From the IMG/VR virus record IMGVR_UViG_3300032271_000509, positions 1 to 33,230 of that record: 33,230 nt of DNA; one strand, given 5' to 3'. Position numbers and translations under genes: made by a program. Positions 30,415-33,230 of the stretch are shown here, one piece after another (within the stretch, counting starts at the first letter, position 1; every line of letters starts with the position of its first letter). Origin of the DNA: a virus. The notes beneath the pieces were generated by a model. The model was not told the origin of the DNA, made no database searches, and saw only the letters and a list, made by a program, of their open reading frames with translations.

Positions 30415-31163
30415 CGTTTTTCCCTTGAGGCTTTTTCGAGCCAGTTGCTCCACGACTGCCTCCAACCCTTCACGCTGCGCCGAGTGCCGGCGCCCTTCCC
30501 TGCGACCCAGTACTGCCGAAACTTTTCGCTCTCACGCAGAACCTCGGCCGGCTGCCAGCCCAGTGCCTCGGCATCGCACCCCCACTCGCTGGGCAAGTCC
30601 CAAGCCGCAGCGATGGCCACGACGTGCTTGCCGTTGAGAATTTCGGAATTGCGTCCATCAAAATCGGGCGGCGGGGTTGGTGGGGCAGCGCTTCGGCGCG
30701 GCTCCACCATCTCTTTCTCTTCTATTGGTGTTGGTGTTGGTGTTGGTGTTGGTAGCTCAACGTCCGTTGCCAAAACAGGCAGCGTTCGTTCAACGTCCGT
30801 TGCCTCTTTCACAAGCGTTCGTTCAGCGTTCGCTTGACTACGTTGCGAACGGGCGTTGACCGATGCTTGAGCGGACGCTCGTGCTTTCGTCTGCTTGTCG
30901 CGCATGCGCTCGATCTCGGCGTCGCAGCGCGAGTGCCTCCAGCCGTCTTCGGTAAGCGTGAAGAACTCATTCAAGACGCTCTCAACATCAGCGGCCATGG
31001 AGCGCATGCGAACCAGCTTTGCGGTGGTCTGAATGTCGGCCGGCAGCGGTTGCTCGCGCAGGTAATAGGCGTCGAGAAGTCGGCGATAGGCCAAGTCCTC
31101 CATCGGCTCAAGATGCGCGGTGTGGGCGCTGTAGTCGCCTACATTGAAAGGGTAGTAATTCAC
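30411..31163 (-). CDS. DUF1376 (YdaU-like) replication-initiation-associated protein with a PT-repeat linker
   Basis: The N-terminus VNYYPFNVGDYSAHTAHLEPMEDLAYRRLLDAYY is the DUF1376 signature. The C-terminal pattern EKFRQYW......R.S..GWRQSWSNWL is common in phage replication proteins. The GTG start at 31163 has a GTGA overlap. Confidence 0.7.
   Translation of the reverse strand: MNYYPFNVGDYSAHTAHLEPMEDLAYRRLLDAYYLREQPLPADIQTTAKLVRMRSMAADVESVLNEFFTLTEDGWRHSRCDAEIERMRDKQTKARASAQASVNARSQRSQANAERTLVKEATDVERTLPVLATDVELPTPTPTPTPIEEKEMVEPRRSAAPPTPPPDFDGRNSEILNGKHVVAIAAAWDLPSEWGCDAEALGWQPAEVLRESEKFRQYWVAGKGAGTRRSVKGWRQSWSNWLEKASREKR
30725..30753. repeat. Hexanucleotide microsatellite (TTGGTG)x4.8 encoding (Pro-Thr)n
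   Basis: Read directly: ttggtg ttggtg ttggtg ttggtg ttggt. Confidence 0.95.
30757..30851. repeat. Iteron-like repeat cluster (candidate replication origin) inside the replication gene
   Basis: CGT(C/T)CGTT/CGTTCGCT cores occur at 30761, 30783, 30794, 30816 and 30827 (spacings 22, 11, 22, 11 bp). TCAACGTCCGTTGCC occurs twice, 33 bp apart. AGCGTTCGTTCA occurs twice, 33 bp apart. There is an inverted CGTTCGC/GCGAACG. Confidence 0.5.
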
Positions 31164-31480
31164 GCCAGCTCCCAAAGCCGACCGCCGGCCGTTCCGTGGC
31201 CCTTGCGGCGCTCGCAGTAGCCCGCAAAGGCGATTTGCTTGCGACGGTTAAGCACTTGGTACACCGAGCCAAATGCGCGGTCCTCGCCGGGCACGATCCC
31301 GGCTGCCTTGCAGGCGTCGGTGATGTCTTCGCTGCTGGCGCAACCGTGCTGGCCGAGATAAGCGAGAACAAAGCGCTGAGCACGTTCGGCAAAGCCCGGC
31401 TCGTCGCGCTCGGCCAGGTCAAGTGCGAGCTGCATGCAGCGTGCGCCCTCAGCGCGGGCCGCGACGAGTTGATGACTCAC
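31160..31480 (-). CDS. Hypothetical protein (106 aa, GTG start)
   Basis: GTGA overlap with the upstream stop at 31477-31480. Confidence 0.55.
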   Translation of the reverse strand: MSHQLVAARAEGARCMQLALDLAERDEPGFAERAQRFVLAYLGQHGCASSEDITDACKAAGIVPGEDRAFGSVYQVLNRRKQIAFAGYCERRKGHGTAGGRLWELA

Positions 31481-31749
31481 AGCGCACAGCCTCGGGAATT
31501 GATCACGCTTAACTGCGCTGCTTGCGGACCTTGATCGGACGGCGTCAGAGCAGCAGTCGACCCTTCACGAGTCAGGGCTTTGCGGCGAGACTCAGCGACA
31601 TGCTCACCAAACGTCTGTCCGTACTCCAAACTGAACACCATGTCGCGCAGCAGCTCGGCGGCGGTGCAGCCAGCTGCGCACGCACGGCGCTGGAACCGCA
31701 GGGCGGTGTCCTCGTCGAGCAAGGTCTTGAGCGACTCGGTGAGCTTCAT
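31477..31749 (-). CDS. Hypothetical regulatory-position protein (cII position; possible ribbon-helix-helix)
   Basis: Second gene after cro. The N-terminus LKTLLDEDTALRFQRRACAAGCTAAELLRDMV is compatible with an RHH fold. The assignment is weak. Confidence 0.5.
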   Translation of the reverse strand: MKLTESLKTLLDEDTALRFQRRACAAGCTAAELLRDMVFSLEYGQTFGEHVAESRRKALTREGSTAALTPSDQGPQAAQLSVINSRGCAL

Positions 31750-31977
31750 TCAGCTGGCCTCTCGCAAAACAGACCAGGCCACATCTGGACGGAGCTCTTC
31801 GCAACGCACGGCGCCATTGGTAGCGCGCTCTATGTCTGGACAGCGCTCTGCCGGCGTGCCGCGAATGCGCCAGTTGCACACGCGTGACACCGAGACGCTC
31901 AAGGCCTTGGCAAGGCCAGTCGCGCCACCGCAAGCAGCGGCAGCTTTGTCGATGGGGGTCATTGAAGAGTCGGCCAT
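31750..31977 (-). CDS. cro: Cro-like repressor (YdaS/Cro HTH family)
   Basis: GGATGLAKALSVSVSRVCNWRIRGT.PAERCPDIERATNGAVRCEELRPD is the YdaS/Cro-type signature. It is divergent from the CI-like gene. Confidence 0.75.
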   Translation of the reverse strand: MADSSMTPIDKAAAACGGATGLAKALSVSVSRVCNWRIRGTPAERCPDIERATNGAVRCEELRPDVAWSVLREAS

Positions 31978-31980
31978 GAA

Positions 31981-32022
31981 ATCACGTTGCGTGATTATTT
32001 ACCAAACACCAATGTGATGCAA
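31981..32022 (-). promoter_or_regulatory. OR region: operator palindrome ATCACGTTGCGTGAT plus candidate PR promoter
   Basis: A perfect 6-3-6 palindrome lies at 31981-31995. On the minus strand, TTGCAT (32022-32017), a 17-nt spacer, then AATAAT (31999-31994). A degenerate second site AACAC-N4-GTGAT lies at 32005-32018. Confidence 0.6.
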
Positions 32023-32043
32023 CCCTCTGGCCCAATCCCTGGC

Positions 32044-32676
32044 ATGGAAACAATCGCCGAACGGCTCAAACACGCCAGAGACGCCAAGGGCTGGAGTCAA
32101 GAACAATTGGCCAAGGCCGCCGGCGTCAGTCAGGGCACCATTGGCAACATTGAATCGGGGCTACGCAAGTCGCCTCGCGAATTGCTGGCTTTGGCCGGTT
32201 GCCTAGAAGTGCCGCCTGAGTGGCTCAAGTGGGGCACAGGCAAACCAACGGCTGGCAACACCAGCTCAGGGCCGGACATCCGAGGGATGGTGCCGCTGGT
32301 CTCGTATGTACAAGCCGGCGCTTGGGATGGAGCTGTTGACAGCATGCAGCCAGGCGACGCCGATCACTGGCTTCAATGCCCACGAGCACACAGCGCGAGC
32401 ACCTACGCGCTGCGTGTGCGCGGCGAGAGCATGACCGCACCTCACGGGCGCAGCTACCCAGAGGGCTGCGTCATCTTCGTCGATCCGGCTCAAAAGGCGC
32501 CGCCGAATGGGGCCCGCATCATCGCGAAATGCGAAGGCTCCGACGAGGTCACGTTCAAGGTGTTCAAGTCAGAGGACAGTCGAGTTTGGCTTCAGCCACT
32601 CAACCCGATGTACCCCGCCATTCATGATCGGTTTAGGGTGCTGGGCACCGTGATCGGAAAGTGGGAAGACGAATAG
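32044..32676 (+). CDS. cI: CI-type repressor (XRE HTH + S24/LexA-like autopeptidase domain)
   Basis: ERLKHARDAKGWSQEQLAKAAGVSQGTIGNIESG is the HTH. LRVRGESM...FVDP....NGARIIAK......TFKV......VWLQPLNPMY is the S24 domain. Alternative in-frame starts are at 32017 (ATG) and 31987 (TTG, inside the operator). Confidence 0.85.
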   Translation: METIAERLKHARDAKGWSQEQLAKAAGVSQGTIGNIESGLRKSPRELLALAGCLEVPPEWLKWGTGKPTAGNTSSGPDIRGMVPLVSYVQAGAWDGAVDSMQPGDADHWLQCPRAHSASTYALRVRGESMTAPHGRSYPEGCVIFVDPAQKAPPNGARIIAKCEGSDEVTFKVFKSEDSRVWLQPLNPMYPAIHDRFRVLGTVIGKWEDE

Positions 32677-32712
32677 ACATGAGCGCAAGTTCACCCACGT
32701 ATTTGAGAAAAA

Positions 32713-32755
32713 AACACAAAACGTGTTGACACAATGAATCACAGTTCGTGATAAT
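32713..32755 (+). promoter_or_regulatory. PL-like early-left promoter with two operator palindromes
   Basis: TTGACA at 32726-32731, an 18-nt spacer, then GATAAT at 32750-32755. ATCACAGTTCGTGAT at 32738-32752 lies between the -35 and -10 elements. AACACAAAACGTGTT at 32713-32727 overlaps the -35. Confidence 0.7.
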
Positions 32756-32797
32756 TCCTCTCCATGCGCTGCACGTCGCGGCGCTCAGGAGAGACGA

Positions 32798-33178
32798 ATG
32801 GACATGGACTACGGCCGGTTCAACGGCCACCCACTTGACCCGCGTACAGCGCCACCAAGCGATCTCGCGCTTGACCTTGCAGCCGACGACATCAGCTCAA
32901 TGCCTAGCCACTGGGCCAGCTTCATTGCTGACTTTGCGACCGACGACCTCAGCCTCGTCAAAACGCACGCCATCAAGCCAGAAGACGTAGTCGATCACGA
33001 CTCGGCCACGCAGCTTGTGCTGGCGTTGATTGGCACCAATGAGCAAGCCGCGGCCGCGCGCATGTACTTGCAGCAGGCTTTCTTTGAACACCACGAAGAG
33101 GCAATCTACGAGCTGGCCAACCGCTGCGACGACGCGCACAGCACGGCCCATGACGAATACCCGTGGGAGGCCGCATGA
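32798..33178 (+). CDS. Acidic early protein (126 aa), first gene of the PL-like operon
   Basis: AGGAGA SD 5 nt upstream. Asp/Glu-rich. Its stop overlaps the ATG of the small membrane ORF (ATGA) across the contig junction. Confidence 0.65.
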   Translation: MDMDYGRFNGHPLDPRTAPPSDLALDLAADDISSMPSHWASFIADFATDDLSLVKTHAIKPEDVVDHDSATQLVLALIGTNEQAAAARMYLQQAFFEHHEEAIYELANRCDDAHSTAHDEYPWEAA

Positions 33179-33230
33179 ACGACTTTCGTCCCGCTTGGTA
33201 CGTCCAAGAGCTTGATCGGCTTGAGTCGCT
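33108..33230. repeat. Terminal direct repeat, identical to 1-123
   Basis: Direct comparison of the two ends. Confidence 0.95.

Larger units (their letters stand above)
1..33230. mobile_element. Complete temperate phage genome (P22-like morphogenesis genes), circularly permuted or closed contig
   Basis: The gene set is integrase + excisionase + CI/Cro + terminase + portal + coat + tail + lysis. The two contig ends are identical over 123 bp and ORFs run across the junction. Confidence 0.85.

Noticed and set aside
30725-30753. Short tandem repeat considered as a CRISPR or other array
   Set aside because: It is a 6-bp microsatellite inside a coding region, in frame and encoding (PT)n. It has no spacers and no repeat-spacer architecture. 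No CRISPR array was seen anywhere in the window.
31987-32043. TTG-initiated extension of the CI-like repressor
   Set aside because: The TTG lies inside the operator palindrome. The HTH domain begins right after the Met at 32044, so the extension is probably not translated. The ATG at 32017 remains possible.

Overview
The window is a complete, circularly closed or terminally redundant genome of a temperate tailed phage with P22-like head and tail genes. Bases 1-123 are identical to 33108-33230, so the unique length is 33,107 bp. It is G+C-rich, and a betaproteobacterial host is only a guess. There are four modules. (1) A + strand early-left operon starts at a repressor-controlled promoter near 32726, runs through the contig junction, and ends at 3025. 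It carries an acidic first gene, a small membrane protein, an Erf recombinase, a DnaQ-like exonuclease, an atypical SSB-like protein, two DUF551 paralogs and an excisionase. (2) A tyrosine integrase (2986-3957, -) lies next to a non-coding attP-type region (3958-4229). (3) The immunity switch has a CI/LexA-like repressor (+) divergent from cro (-). Behind cro is a tightly coupled minus-strand early-right operon (31977 to 26300): a DUF1376 replication protein containing iteron-like repeats, NinB, a Ref/HNH nuclease, a Zn-ribbon miniprotein, an Hjc-like resolvase, a C5 DNA methyltransferase, DUF3310 and a Q-like antiterminator. (4) The minus-strand late operon (26021 to 4230) has a GroES-like gene, TerS, TerL, portal, scaffold, P22-type coat, decoration candidates, gp4-like and gp10-like tail proteins, a collagen-like tail fiber with chaperone, three ejection-type proteins, a beta-helix tailspike and a lysis cassette. 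The most unusual observation is the methyltransferase locus. Two same-strand ORFs of about 1 kb overlap completely in frames offset by one base, and the canonical C5-MTase motifs are split between them in the order A, B, A. Other notable points are a lambda-like late promoter plus terminator directly after the Q-like gene, 11-bp-phased iteron-like repeats inside the replication gene, low-G+C insertions in the virion module, and several unlisted small ORFs found by following ATGA/GTGA stop-start overlaps. All family assignments come from motif recognition by eye; no database search was run.
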